From Vicugna vicugna (Eukaryota), in the NCBI GenBank assembly GCA_013265495.1, contig MU058451.1, forward strand, positions 2,723,305-2,787,304: a DNA stretch of 64,000 nt, read 5' to 3'. Position 1 is the stretch's first letter, and every line of letters starts with the position of its first letter. The notes under the pieces were generated by a model. The model had not been told where the DNA came from, did no database searches, and was given only the letters and a program-made list of their open reading frames with translations. A program made the translations under genes and the position numbers. Below are positions 26,330 to 39,581 of this stretch, piece by piece.

Positions 26330-28814
26330 ATAAGTTATGTTTGAAAAACAAGACGTGATATTCTACCATTCTTGTTTTTAAAAAGTGTGAAAATAGATGT
26401 ATTTGCTGACATACACTTTTATACTTTTATATTGTGAGTGTGGTTGCCTCTCAGCTGGGGATTGGATGTAAGAAGCAAATGGGAGAGTTATTTTTCCTCT
26501 GTGTTTGGATTTTCCTAAGGATATAGACATTACCTTTTCCCACATTGAAAACTCTTTAAAAGTTCACAAATTATGGAAAGCAGTGTTAATCTGCTTCCTT
26601 TGGTTCAGAACACAGGCTTTTGTTTAACTTCTCTGGTTGCCCATAGTAAGGATTTCCATTAGAGTGTGTGTCCAGTAGAGTGTGGTTAGCTGTTGGAGAA
26701 AGAAATGGTGACCTATGTTGTGTCGTCTTCAGTGGTCCCATTTGTCCCTCCACGTCCACTCTGGTACACCCTGTCGCAGTAGAAAAATCGTCTGTACTGA
26801 ATAGGTGGATAGTACTTTTTGTAAAGTAGCAGTCTCTGAGCTATCAAGGCATTTTAAGATTTTTACTTCTAATTGTAGAGAGAAAGTTGGTTCTTGCTAA
26901 GGATTTTCAGCCAGGAGCAAAAGGCCTCAACTCATGCTATTTAGTTGTGTAGATACTGATGACGTCTTAGAGTGTGCCCAGCAGTGCTAGTTGCCAGAGT
27001 CATGGTTAAGAAAAAAAGACCCAGTCTGTGTGGAGCTGCCTAACATCTCCCACCACCTGCCACAGTGGTCAGTATAACCTAATCTTTATGGCCTGCTGTG
27101 TGCGGGGGAGGTTGATGGAGATCCGGCTCTACGGGACTGCCTAATGTCTCCTACCGCCTCCCATGATGGTTCATATCTTTTTGGTTTGCCTGTGTGTGAG
27201 GGAGGCTGATGGAGGAGCAGTAGGAGATCACTAGTTCCCAGGGGGAAGGATCACGTCTGAAGCTACTAGAGGCAGTTTAAGACAGAGCAGTGCGCATCTC
27301 TCTCAGACCCAGAGCCTGCCTTCTGCTAGGATCAGCCAGCTTGTGATTCAAGTAGAGGGCTGGCTCCGTTGTCAGAAAGATGAACAAGCTGACGCCTTCT
27401 CTGTCCTCAGCTTGGGCCTCTGCCTGCCTGCTCTTCTGTCCTCTGTCCCCTAGACATACATCTGTTGCTGTTTTAGCAGTTAATGTGATTTGCATCTTTC
27501 TAGCAAAAGATTATTCCATAATCAAATACTCATCAAATCATTAGATAAATAAGACAGGAAAAAACAACAACCAAAAAACAGCGTTGTTAACATCTTGCAG
27601 TTTTTTCCTAAGGGTCATCTCTCATGACTTGTTTTGAGTACATATATCTCTTTCATTAAATGTCCTGTATCCGTGTAACCATTTTTGTCACCTGTGCAGT
27701 GGAGTGAAAAGCCAATTTTTATTAGTATCAGAATAATTCCTCAGAAGACAACTTGGTGGTTTTGGGAAAAGAAAAGAGGCTTAAAAGTCCACGTGAGAAA
27801 GATGACTTCTCAAGGGCATGCTCTGGAGTGAAAGGATCAGCGTGCATAGGATAACATGATGGTCACTGAAATAAGTCAGAAACAACTCCGACTAAGGTAA
27901 GGAGAAATACACGCACGTCTCCCATGCCGCTTCAGTACCCTCTCCCTGGCAGAGTAACCTTGGAAAGATTGAGAAGGTGATGAGTCTAACTACACGGAAA
28001 GGACATTGAGTCAGTTTTATGTGAGTCTCAAAAGGCAAGGAGATCCCACCTGACATCCGGGTTACATCAGACAATAGACCCCTTGACAATAAAATGTAAT
28101 CTTTTTCTCCATATAGATTTCCAAAGGCTTCAGCTTTTGGAAGCAAGAGTAACAAAACGGCTGTTAGGTATGAATGACAGCCTTAGTGTGGACACATTTG
28201 TTAGGTAAAATTCTGATTTTTTTCACCACAACATGACTCTTACCTGGATTCAACAATTACCAATATGTGGTCAATATTGTTTCATCTAGACCCCAACCAA
28301 TTGCCCTCTACTTTATTTTGGAAGCAAATCCCAGGCATCATATTTCAATCTTAAATACTTAGCTTTGTAACTCTACAAGATAAGGACTTAAAAATATATA
28401 ACTACAATACATTATAATATCTAAGCTGCCCCTACCTCAATGTTACCAAATATCCAGTCTATTCAAATTTCCAATTGTTTTATAATTTTTTTCTCCACAA
28501 TTTTGTTTGGATTAAGATCTAAGTAAAGTTCCCACCTCATTCACACCAATTTTTGAAATGGCCTTTTAAGACTTCTCTAGTCTACGGGCCCCTCCATTTC
28601 TTTCACTTTCCCCTTTGCAAGCCATCTGTTGAAGAAACTGGTTTTGATCCTTTATGTATTTTCATGGTCTAGATATTCTGATTGTATCTCCAAGTTGTAA
28701 TTGAACATGTTTCTCTGTCTATTGTATTTCCTATAAATTGGTAGTTGGACGTGCAGCTTCATCATATTGAGGTTTAGTTATTTTGGACAAGACTGATTCA
28801 TAGCAGATGTGTTT

Positions 28815-29340
28815 GTATTAGTTACCTATCATTGCATAACAAATTGCCCCTGAAACTTAGTGGTGTAAAACATCAACAAACATTTGTAATATTGCACTGT
28901 GTTTGTTGGTCAGGTAGTCGAGAATGGCTTAGCTGAGTGGATGTGGCTGGGGTTCTGTCATGGGACTGCAGTTAAGATATCAGCTGGTGTTGCTGTCATC
29001 TGAAGGCTGGACGGGGGTGGTGGGGGCAGCCGGAACTGCTTCCAAAGTCTCATTCAAATGACTGATAAATTGGTACTGGCCTTTTGGGAGGAGGCCTTAG
29101 TTTCTTACCACGTGGATCTCTCTTTACGGCTACTTGTTTCCTCCAGAGTAGTCGATCCAGGAAAGTGAGGTAGAGGGCACTATGTTTTTTATAATCTACC
29201 TTGGAAGCTGCACATTGTCGTTGCGCATTATTTTCTTAGTTACACAGTCACCTGTCTTCATTGCTGAGGGGAGCTAGACAAGGATTTGCATACCAAGAAG
29301 TAAGGATCATTGGGAGTCATCTTGGAGGTTGGCTCCCACA
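28815..29340 (-). mobile_element. MaLR LTR (MLT1G/H-like) nested in an old L1 3' region
   Basis: tgtattagttacctatcattgcataacaaattgcccc...ggcttagctgagtgg. Confidence 0.7.
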
Positions 29341-29749
29341 GCGTTCATCAAGAGGTACACAATGTCTTTCTGTCTCTCTGTGATATTAGCAACCATTGAT
29401 GCTCAGTGCCCAAGTTCACTAATTCATTAGATGCTGTGAAATGGTTATATTCTATTATTCCTTGTCCATGTATTAGCTGAAATACTTCTAAAGGTAGAGA
29501 AAAGAGTACGAGAAGGCAAAGGAAATTTGCCTGTCTCTACTATTTGGTTACCAGTAGTTCAGTTTACTATAGAAAAGTCAGGACAAATGCTTAATTCTTT
29601 CTGTTTATCAGTTTTCGAAATAGAGTTGGTTTCCTAGCATCATCTGATGATTAATTAGACTTTAAAAAAATTATGAGCTCATGAATTTAAATATATTTGA
29701 TGTATTTCAATTAATTGCTGCTACTATCTTATTAACATTCATATAGTCT

Positions 29750-30145
29750 ATAGGTTGGCTGAATAATGGTCCCCCAGAATGTTCATGCCTGGAAGCTGTG
29801 AATATTACCTTATATGGCAAAAGGAATTTTATAGATGGATCTTGAGTTGGAGAGATTTTCCTGGATCATCCAAATGGGTCAGTGTAATCACAGTGTCCTT
29901 ATAATAGGGAGGCAGGGGATCAGGGGAGAAGGCAATGTGATGTTGGATGTGGAGATGGGAGTGCTGAACTTTAAAGGTGGAGGAATGCCAGGTTTGCAGC
30001 TCTCAAGCTGAAAAAGGCAGGCAAACAGATTTGTCCCCCAGAAGAGCCAGTTATGTGGACACTTTGATTTTTAACCCGTTGAGTTCATTTGTACTGTTTT
30101 AAAGCATTAAGTTTGTGGTGGTTTGTTACAGCAGCAATAGAAAAC
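29750..30145 (+). mobile_element. MaLR LTR (MLT1D-like)
   Basis: ctgaataatggtccccc...gtggtttgttacagcagcaatagaaaac. Confidence 0.75.
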
Positions 30146-30314
30146 CCATCTTTGGTCAATGGGACTGTCCTGAAACTGGTGATCTAATATCTTGTTCTAG
30201 GCTCATCTCGTACATTTGTTGCCTGAGGCCTGGAAATGGCAATTTCTCTAGGGTCTTTGTTCCTTTTAGTGGGAAATGGTGTTTTGAGACCACTAGAAGC
30301 ATTCATGGATTTTT

Positions 30315-30655
30315 CTTCTCCCCACTGGCCCCCACCTTTTAAAATATATTTTAAAATTGTGGTAAAAACATATAAAATTAACCATCTTAATCAATTCTAA
30401 GCATACAGTTCAGTAATGTTAACTATATTTACATTGTGGTGGAACAACTCTCTAGAACTTTTTTGGGGGGGAGTGGGTTTACTTGTTTATTCATTTTTAG
30501 AGGAGGTACTGGGGATTGAATGCAGGACCTCATGCATGCTAAGCATGCGCTCTATGACTTGAGCTGTGCCCTCCCACCTAGAACTTTTTTACCTTGCAAA
30601 CCTGAAACTCAATACCCCTTGAACAGATCCCCATTTCCCTACCACCCTTAGCCCC
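30315..30655 (-). mobile_element. 5'-truncated L1 3' end carrying a nested SINE
   Basis: L1 3'-UTR-like sequence flanked by direct repeat catggattttt (30304-30314, 30656-30666). Confidence 0.65.
30465..30577 (-). mobile_element. tRNA-Ala-derived SINE (Vic-1-like)
   Basis: Reverse-complement match to the 11737 element; 13-bp TSD ctagaactttttt at 30452-30464 and 30578-30590. Confidence 0.88.
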
Positions 30656-32160
30656 CATGGATTTTTACCTTTTAAAAAATTGGGAAGTAGTACAATTCTT
30701 CAGTAAAAACTTTTACAAATATGTTTATTTTCTTCTAAACTTGTAGATTTTAAGGTCCTGACTCCATGCCATTTTTGGCTACTAACCCTGAACTATGTCC
30801 CCTAATGGATTTCAGATAGCCAAGCACCTAAAGGATAAACATCTTCTCTAAAACAGAGTAATAGTTTTGAAATGAAATACATTTCAGACATGAAATAATG
30901 ACCATTTCACTATTACAGCTCAAAGTGTTCCCTGGACCCAGAGTTTGCCAGAATGAGTGCATTCCCAAGCCTGGTGGGACCTCTGCCCACAAAGCAGAAC
31001 TACAGCTAGTGCCCTGTGTCTGGGGATTCATCCAGCTGGGCTCTACCCGTTAGCTGAACCTGTTGCTGAGCAGAAACAGTTTGCATGCGCCTGTTCAGTT
31101 CAGATCTGTAGGTGTGGCTCTCTGGGCCATGAGACTTGTGTCAAGAACCTGTGGGACACACTCGTATGCGAGCCCAGTGGCCTCTGATGCTGGCCACTGA
31201 GGAATCCCAAGGCTCATCGGACATTGTTTCAAAATCACCGCATTAACTGATCTCTAAGACCTAGCCAGCTCCTGTTTTCCATTATTACCAATGAACTAAA
31301 TATGCTTTGAGGGTGTAAGTTCCATGTATTGGGGGGAAGGAGGGGGATGGAGTCTATAAGAAAAGCCAGAGCTCAGACAGCGAGCCTGGGGCTGAAGCAG
31401 AAAAACAGCAAAGGGCCAAGGAAAGGGCTGAGTGTTAGTGGTGGAGGGGAGCAGCTTTTTAAGAGCACGTGAGGCAGGAGGGGATTGTTTCTGTGTTCTG
31501 AGGCATGAAACATGCCACGAGCTCACCTGAGGCCATGTTTGTCCCCCATTCATGGCCGAGATGGTTCGTGTACATGAATTATTCATGATTGTTTGATTGT
31601 TCATCAAAGTATCAGGTATGCTTCCTGTGCCCAGCTTGGTAGGATGTCCCTGCCCTGGTCTGTTTCCTGAGTGGGTCATGGACGAGGCCTGGGAAGTTGG
31701 CAGAGGGTGGAGGGCTGTAGGAGGAACCCAGTTTCCATGCATGGAAGTCCAGCTCTGACCCCAAGTCTCTGGGCGTCTTAAGTTGTCACTTACAGTGTGT
31801 GCCTGAGAGCGTTTTTAGAAGCTTTTCGAACTTACTTCTTACCCTGAGATCTATGAAGTCTGACATTTGGCCAAAGATCCTCATTGACTAATCTTTAGAA
31901 GGAGTCTTAGAGAAAAGGATGGTCCAGATGGAAACAGGGAGAACATTCAATAGTAACTGAGTTAGGCAAACATGCTGGCAGGAGTAGAAAATTTACAGGG
32001 AAAGAATCCCAACCACTTTGAAAACATGTCAAAAATAGCCACAAAAACAGAGACAACCTCTCTCCCCTCTAAATATTGTCCTAACTTCCATTTTAAATAT
32101 TTAGATATTTAAAGCTTTAGATTTAAATCTAAATCTCTAATAAAACCTATAAAAATGCTC

Positions 32161-32203
<43 letters not shown>

Positions 32204-32231
32204 GAAGGAAGAAAGAAAGAAAGAAAGAAGG
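32161..32231 (+). repeat. (GAAA)n/(GGAA)n microsatellite
   Basis: Read directly from the sequence. Confidence 0.95.
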
Positions 32232-32376
32232 AAAAACTTGTGGGAGGGAATGGCAATGCAGATAAAGTCTTGAGATTCTAAAGACATACAGACTGGTTTT
32301 GTTAAAAAACTTGTGGGAGGGAATGGCAATGAGATAAAGTCTTGAGATTCTAAAGACATACAGACTGGTTTTGTTA
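32232..32376 (+). repeat. Two-copy tandem duplication, 73 and 72 bp
   Basis: 32232-32304 and 32305-32376 are identical apart from one C indel. Confidence 0.95.
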
Positions 32377-32399
32377 CTATTGGCTGGGAAGTGCCTAGT

Positions 32400-32657
32400 T
32401 TTGTTTTTAAAGCTCTGTGTTCTCATATGTGTCACATGTTTGGAAAGAGTACATTCTAAATCATGTTCCTGTCCCCTCGGAGGAAATGCTCAAATATTAA
32501 ACACACACACATTCAAAAGAGGAAACAGTTGGATAGGAACTCAGAAATCATGTGACTAATGACTAAGTTAAATTTTTTCTACTTATTAAAGGGGAAGATT
32601 CTGATGATTAGTTGCTGATTCCCCTTGCATTTTTGTCGGTTTGGAGATTTTTGAATC
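32400..32657 (+). promoter_or_regulatory. LY96 CpG-poor proximal promoter
   Basis: PU.1/ETS-like AAAGAGGAAA at about 32516-32525; two tandem AP-1-like TGACTAA at 32553-32566. Confidence 0.55.
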
Positions 32658-32769
32658 ATGTTCCCATTGATGCTCTTTTCCACCCTGTTTTCTTCCATTT
32701 TTACTGAACCTGGGGAGAAACATTGGATCTGCAACTCCTCGGATGCAAGCATTTGGTACAACTACTGTG
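32658..32769 (+). CDS. LY96: LY96 exon 1 (signal peptide; MFPLMLFSTLFSSIFTEPGEKHWICNSSDASIWYNYC)
   Basis: ORF track 32658..32873; donor G|GTAAGT. Confidence 0.97.
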
Positions 32770-33249
32770 GTAAGTCCAAGAGCAAAGGCAGGCAGGTACT
32801 TGTATTGTCTACTACTTGGAGGGTAAGTTTTCATAAGAACCTTCCTCTGCTGTCGCCGGGACACAGGAAATGACTGTGTGTTCTGGCTGCTGCTGGCAGT
32901 AAAAGTGATGTCTGGTTACTGCCCTGTGTGGATTTTCTCCATCCTTCACAAGTCTCTGAACTATGCTGTATGTCCTGCCCTCCAAGGGCTTCTGTTGCTC
33001 CCTGTGGTCAGCTGTCTCTACCTTGAACCCAGTTTCAGAAGCTTCCTAGTTTTGGCAAAGTTGTCTGCTTCCGAGATTTTGCCTCAGCCCTAAGACTGAC
33101 CGGTTCTTCCTGAAGAGGTAGGGCTGTCCTAGCTGCTTTCTGAAACTGATTGTTGCTCCAGGCTCTGATTTTGGGGTTTTTTTGTTGTTTTTTTTGGTTT
33201 TTTTTTTTTCAGCACAGGTTTGGGTAGGTAACAGGTGCACTTTGTTTCA

Positions 33250-33435
33250 GGCTGTGGTTTCTGAAGGCTCTTGGAATTGGATATAAGTCTGATTCTGTTA
33301 GTTAATAGCTGTGTGACTTTGAGCAAATTCTTAGCCTCTCTGTGCCCCAGCATTTTTATCTATAAAATGAAAGTGATTTTCAAACCTACTTCTCAAGAAT
33401 TGTTGTAAGGTAAAATTTTTAGCACAGAGCCACTT
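33250..33435 (+). mobile_element. MIR SINE
   Basis: tagctgtgtgactttgagcaaattcttagcctctctgtgccccagc. Confidence 0.8.
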
Positions 33436-34531
33436 AGAAACAATAAAATCGATTACTTAAACAAAACAAAACAAAACAAAAACCCAGCCACACTCTTAAC
33501 AGTCTAACTATTAAATGGTTGGACTTTTTTTTTCTTCTTCTTCTGGGTTTGTCTTGTTTTCTTTTTGTCTCCCCCTCTTTCTCTACAAATATCTGCTGGT
33601 CTGAAAGGATGGCTTTGGGGTTTGACTGCTGTTTTGGTTTGGTACTTTCCACTGTGTTCCTCACCATGGGTTGGCTGGTCTTTTCTACCCACCGGCAACA
33701 TCAGGAAAGCCTAAGGGAGTGCCTCTGAAAGCACTAATTCTTTGAGATTCTCTTGGGACAAAGGGTTTGTGGTCTAACCATTTGGGGGATTTACAGACGT
33801 ACTTTGAGTTCTGAGAAGTTCTGTGACAAAGGAACCTATTTAATCCCCCAATTTTCAGTGTTACTTTGTTTTAGTCTTTGAGTATGTGTTTATGGTCCTG
33901 CAAACACACTCTGGCAAATGTTACTATGAAGTTGCTTCTGAGGATCAGTCTCACACTCATGGCTTTTTTCCTGTTTGTGATTGTGCTGAATTCCCTCTCA
34001 GCTTCTCTCTGGAATTCTCCATCCCACAAGGTCCGTTTGCATTTCCCTGTTCCAGGACCTCGTCACTGCACTAGGCCCTCTTCTCTCCTCTCCTTTGCAC
34101 CACATGTCGATTGAGCCACCTTCTCTCTGCTATGTTTCCTATGGCCTTTATTTATATAACACTTCATATTATGATTTAGCTTTTAATCTTCTAGTAACAG
34201 TAACTCAATTTGTCTTTTGAGTTTTGAGGAGGGATCTTGCCTGTTTCTCTCTAACCCTGAGAAATTCTGTGGTCCTTTCCTGCTGCCCCACGGATGGAGG
34301 GACCGTGGGGAGCAAGTGGGATTCAGGGCTACAGCAAGACCTTGTTTGCGCCCCCCAACCCCCCAACACTACATTGTCCTTTCCCTGCCTTAGAGAATCC
34401 ATCCTGGTCAAGATGGAAACATGTCGTGTGTGGCAAGCACTGATTGCTCCGGGTATTATTGTCCGGATGTTGGTGAAAACAATCCTTTTGATCCAGTCCT
34501 TTCCCTGAAGATGATTTCCACTTGGCATAGA

Positions 34532-34922
34532 CGGTATGCTCGTTTGCCAGGGCTGCCATGGCAAACCATCGCAGACTAGGTGGCTTGAACCACAGAAGAT
34601 TATTCTTCACAGTTCTGGGGGCTAGGAGCCTGAGAGCAAGGGTCAGCAGGCGTGGCTTCCTTCTGAGAACTCTCTCCTTGGCTGGCAGACGACCGCCTTC
34701 TTGCCGTGTCTTCATATGGCCTTTTCTCTGTGTGCGCTCATTTCTGGTGACTCTCTGTCTGTCTGAATCTCCTTACCTTTTAAGGACACCAATCATATTG
34801 GATTAGGGCCCACCCTAATGGCCTCTTAAAGGCCTTATCTCCAAATACAGTTCCATTCTGAGGTCCTGGGGGTTAGGACTTCGACATATGAATTTAGGGG
34901 GAACATAGTCCAGCCCATAACA
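34532..34922 (-). mobile_element. MaLR solo LTR (MLT1A-like)
   Basis: gtttgccagggctgccatggcaaacca...gggggaacatagtccagcccataaca. Confidence 0.85.
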
Positions 34923-35109
34923 TATAGAAATGGCAAGAATTGGCCGTTTTATTTTCCAGCTTTGGAAAAGGCAGAAAATGTAGGTGTGTGAGTGAATCAG
35001 TCCACAGAGCCCTGGACACACACTATCCTGTAACCTAGAATTGTCAGACTCAGTTCTAACCTTTTTTTGGCCAAAGGTAGTCCTGAAACTCAAAGAATTT
35101 GTGGATTAT

Positions 35110-35830
35110 TTAATTAAATCGATATTCACTGAGCATCTGGCCTGCGCCTCTTCTGGGCACCGAGGAAATTATATAGCAGTGAGCAAGCAGCAAAATAAAA
35201 GTCCCCACCCTGGGGGAGTTTCAATCAGTAAGATACCCAGCATGTCAGATGGTGGTGACCCCAGTGAGAAAAGAATAAAGCAGAGTAGGGGACAGAGGGC
35301 AGAGACGGGGCTAGGCGTTGCGTTTTAAATTAGGGTGACCAAGGAAGGCCTCACGGAGGAGACATCCAGCAAGGACTGGAATGGTTGAGGGAGTGAGCCA
35401 TGCCTGTGTCTAGGGGAAGGCGGGGAGGAAAGAGCCGCACACCACCCTTGATGCGGGAACACGGCTGGTGTGCTGCAGGGTAGCAAAGAGGCCAGTGTGG
35501 CTGCAGCGGAGTGAGTGCAGGGGAGGTAGTAGAAGACGAGGTCGTAGAGGGAAAGGGCGGTGGGGGTGAGGGCCCTGTAGGTCAGGGCATGACTTAGCTT
35601 TACTGTGAGCCAAGCTTGGTCTGGCTTCTGTGTTAATAATACCCCATAAGGGGGCAGAAGTGGAAGCAGGCAACCTGTTGTGAGACTGTTACAATAATTC
35701 AGGTGAGTGAGAAAATGGCGACTCGGACCAGAGTGTGACTCAGACCAATGGAGGTGATGAGGAGGGATCAGAGTCTGGAAATACTCTGGAGATGGAGTCG
35801 ATGAGATTTGCTGATCAATTGGATGTGTGG
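35110..35830 (-). mobile_element. L2 LINE 3' fragment
   Basis: tattcactgagcatctgg...gaggccagtgtggctgcagcggagtgag. Confidence 0.75.
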
Positions 35831-36199
35831 TTGCATCTGGTCTGCCCAGCTAAGCATGTGTGTCTTGGCATCTGGAGTGTCCCCCCTACCCCAAGCAGAC
35901 CACCCTCTTTACTGGTCTTTATTCACACTTCTACTATTCTCTAACCGGAAACATTCTTGTCCATCTTTCTGTTTTATACAAACCTTTTGCGGTCCATCAA
36001 AAGTCCTGTCTGCTCTACAGAGTCTAGTCAAGTCAGTTGAAGTTAATTCAGTTTAGTAAGTCTTTAACAGGCATTAGGCTTAGTCGTTATGCTGGGGAAT
36101 ACTGAGAATGCAAAGGTTATGTAAGATGTAGCTGCATCCTCAAGGAACTTCTGGCTTTTGTCTAGTTTATGTGTAGTAGGAGGGATAACTGGGCACATC

Positions 36200-36720
36200 T
36201 GCGGGATTCATTCATTTATTCCACAAACTCGGCATAACCACTGGGAAGTCTAATGGCCGTTTGGAGCTAGAGCTATTGACCTACACCCCTTTCCAAATCT
36301 ATTACTTCCTAAATCTCCCCTATCTCATCATTTGCTTAATTCCCAAACCAGAGGAATCCTTCGTTATCTCTTTCCCTTATTATCCACATTCAGTTTCTCT
36401 GTGATTCTTATTTTCATTATCTCCAGAATATATTCTAAAGCCAACTACTTTTCACTGTCCTCTGCTGACCACTCATGCCACCCTCATCTCCTCTCTGGCC
36501 TCTGTAACGTCCTCTTAAACTGTCCTCTCTCCACTTCAGTTCTTGCCCCCATACAATCTGTTATTGCCACAGAGGCCAAAGACACCTTTTAAAAACGTAA
36601 GAAAATATTACTCCATTGCTTAAAACTCTTGAATGGCTTTTCACTTTAATTAGAGTGAAATCCCAACTTCATACCAAGATCTCCAAGCCCCTTCAAGATG
36701 GTCCCTGATTCCTATGATTC
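36200..36720 (+). mobile_element. L2 fragment
   Basis: tctccagaatatattc...ttaaaactcttgaatggcttttcac. Confidence 0.55.
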
Positions 36721-36825
36721 CCACCCTCCCTCATTATTTTCCATTTATATTGGCCTTTATTGGTACTATTGTTACTGTTTGTATTACCAGCATAACAAAC
36801 ATAAAATTTACCCTTTTAACCATTT

Positions 36826-36891
36826 AAAAAAATTGAAGTATTTACAGTGTTGTGTTAGTTTTAGGTATACAGCAAAGTAATTCAGTTATAC

Positions 36892-36929
<38 letters not shown>

Positions 36930-37238
36930 CCTTTTTCAGAATCTTTTCCATTATAGGTTATTACAAGGTATTAAATATAGTACTCTGGGCTATATAGTAT
37001 GTCCTTGTTGTTTATCTATTTTACATATACTAGTGTGTGTATGTTAATCCCAAACTTCTAATTTATCCTTCCCCCCTTTCCCCTTAGATGACCATTAAGT
37101 TTGTTTTCTATGTCTGTGAGTCTGTTTCTGTTTAGTAAGTAAGTTCATTTGTATTATTTTTTAAGATTCCACATATAAGTGATATTTGTCTTTCTCTGTC
37201 TGACTTACTTCATTTAGCATAATAGTTTCTAGGTCCAT
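36826..37238 (-). mobile_element. Younger L1 3' end with a (TA)n tract, nested in an older L1 3' end
   Basis: TSD ccttttaac(c/t)attt at 36812-36825 and 37239-37252; (TA)n at about 36886-36929. Confidence 0.8.
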
Positions 37239-38019
37239 CCTTTTAACTATTTTTAAGTGTATAATTCAGTGACATTAGGTACATTCAGAATGCTGTGCAA
37301 TCATCATTACTACCCATTTTCGGAACCTGTCATCATCCCAAACAGAAACTCAGCACACATTAAAAAATAACTTCCCATTTCTCCCTCCCCTTAGTCCCTG
37401 GTAACCTCTGCTCTTTCTCTTTCTGTGAGTTTGCCTATTACATATATTTCACAGAATGGTCTTTGTGTGTACATGTGTATGTGTCTGTTTTTGTTGCTTG
37501 AACATGTTGAAGTCATTCTCACCTCTGAGTCTGCACTCCTGATTAAAACACTCTTTCTCCAATGACCAGAGGGCTGGTTCCTTCCTGTCACTCACTGAGT
37601 AATGCAGTTGAGGTATCTCTAACTCCCCCCACCTCCCCATTCCTCTATCCCCACGGTACACTCAATCTTTAACTCATGACCTTGCTTGATTTTTTTTACT
37701 AGAATGTGCATTTATCAAGAGCAGGGCCCATGACTATCTTTGTTCATTGTTTCTCTAGTGCCTAGAGCAATGTTTGGCACATAATTAATGCTAAATACAC
37801 ATTTATAGTCTACAGTGTGCTGTGTGCCAGAGACATGAAACATGAATGAGACATGCTTCCTGCCCTCAAGGCTTGTGCTATTTTTATGAAGAAGACAGAC
37901 ATATAAACAAATAATTGTAGTAGAGATTTTTGAACGACCATTGAAAGATGATCAAGTACTATGAATGACAGTGCGTTTGTGACTGTGGGAGTGGGGCAGT
38001 GTGGGGGAGTTAAGAAAAG

Positions 38020-39030
38020 CTTAATCCTAGGTATTTTATTCTTTTGGTGCTATTGTAAATGGGGTTGTTTTCCTAACTTCTTTTTCATACAGTTCATTGT
38101 CAGTGTATAGAAGTCCAACTGGTTTTTTTGTATGTTGACTTTGTATCCTGCAACTTTACTCCATTTTTAAATTAGTTCTAACAGTTTTTAATGGAGTTTT
38201 TAGGGTTTTCTAGATATAAAGGTATATCATTTGCAAATGGAAAATTTTACTTCTTCCTTTTTTATTCAGGTGGTTTTATTTATTTTTCTTATCTAATTGA
38301 GCTGGCTAGGACTTCCAGTACTATGTTAAGCATGGTTATCCTTACCTTGCTCCTGACCTTAGAGGAAAAACATTCAGTTTTTCACTGTTGAATATGGTGT
38401 TAACTATGGGCTTTTCATAGATGGCCTTCATTATGCTGAGGCCATTTCCTCTACTTCTAGTTTGTTGAGAGTTTTTATCATGAAAGGGTGTTGAGTTTTA
38501 TCATCTCTTGAGATGGTCATGTGATTTTTTTCTTCTTTCTATTAATGTGGCATATCACATTAGTTGATTTTTGTATGTTGGACTGTCCTTGCATCCTAGG
38601 GATAAATCCCACTTACTCATGCTGTATGTTCCTCTTAATGTGCTGTTGAATTCAGTTTGCTAACATTTTGTGAGGACTTTTGCATCTAAATTCATCAGGA
38701 ATACTGGCCTACAGTTTCTTTTCTTGTGGTGTCTTTTATAGTAGTGCTGGCCTCATAAAATGAGTTTGGAAGTATTCCCTTCTCTTCATTTTCTGGGAAG
38801 AGTTTGAGAAGGATTGGGGTTAATTTCTTTTTTTTTTCTTCAAATCTTTTTTTTTTTAAAAAAAAATTGAAGTATCGTCAGTTTATAATGTTGTGTCAGT
38901 TTCTGGTGTACTTATTTAAATGTTTGGTAGAATTCACCTGTGAAGCCAGCTGGTCTGGGACTTTTCTTTGGGAAATTTTAAATTACTGATGCAATCTCCA
39001 TACTACTTATAGATCCGTTCAGACTTTCTG
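38020..39030 (-). mobile_element. L1 ORF2 fragment, antisense to LY96
   Basis: cctaggtattttattctttt...gtttttatcatgaaagggtgttg; includes a short nested younger L1 3' tip at about 38850-38910. Confidence 0.85.
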
Positions 39031-39491
39031 TTTTTCAGTCCTTTGGGGATCCCCTTTGGAAAATTTGAGGCTCTGATGAAGCAACCTCTTTCCTTCTAAG
39101 TGAAATTGGGGAATAGGAGATCTCTTCCTAATTAGGCTGTGCCAGGAGCGGTGTCTCTGGTGAGAGGGCGTCCTGAGTCTCCCTACTGAGTCAGTGAGTC
39201 TGGTTTTGCAGTCTCCTGGGACGCAGGAAACTTGCAGTTGGTTTCTGATTTCTCACAATGGTCCATGAATTATCGCTGAATTGATATGTTTGTGGGGCAG
39301 AGGAGGACTTCCTAGTCTTCCATCTTGCTGATGTCACTCCTTTGGGGATGGAGATATTTTTAACTGCCCTCAGTTTTTCTCTTTATAAAATTTTAATGCT
39401 AAAGGTAGTTTTAGGGGGCTGACATTCAGAATACCCTACTTACTGGAAATGATTTATAATAATTTATTGACATTTTCTTTATTCCATTTAG

Positions 39492-39581
39492 ATGACAAGA
39501 AGTTCCCTATTTCAATAAGTACTAAACCCTGTATAACATTGAAGGGAAGCAATGGATATTTGTATCTTTACTTCATTCCAA
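39492..39581 (+). CDS. LY96: LY96 exon 2 ([31 protein letters not shown])
   Basis: Manual translation. Acceptor ttccatttag, donor A|GTAAGT, 90 nt. Confidence 0.96.

Noticed and set aside
32232..32376. CRISPR-like array
   Set aside because: Only two adjacent copies with no spacers, in a mammalian locus.
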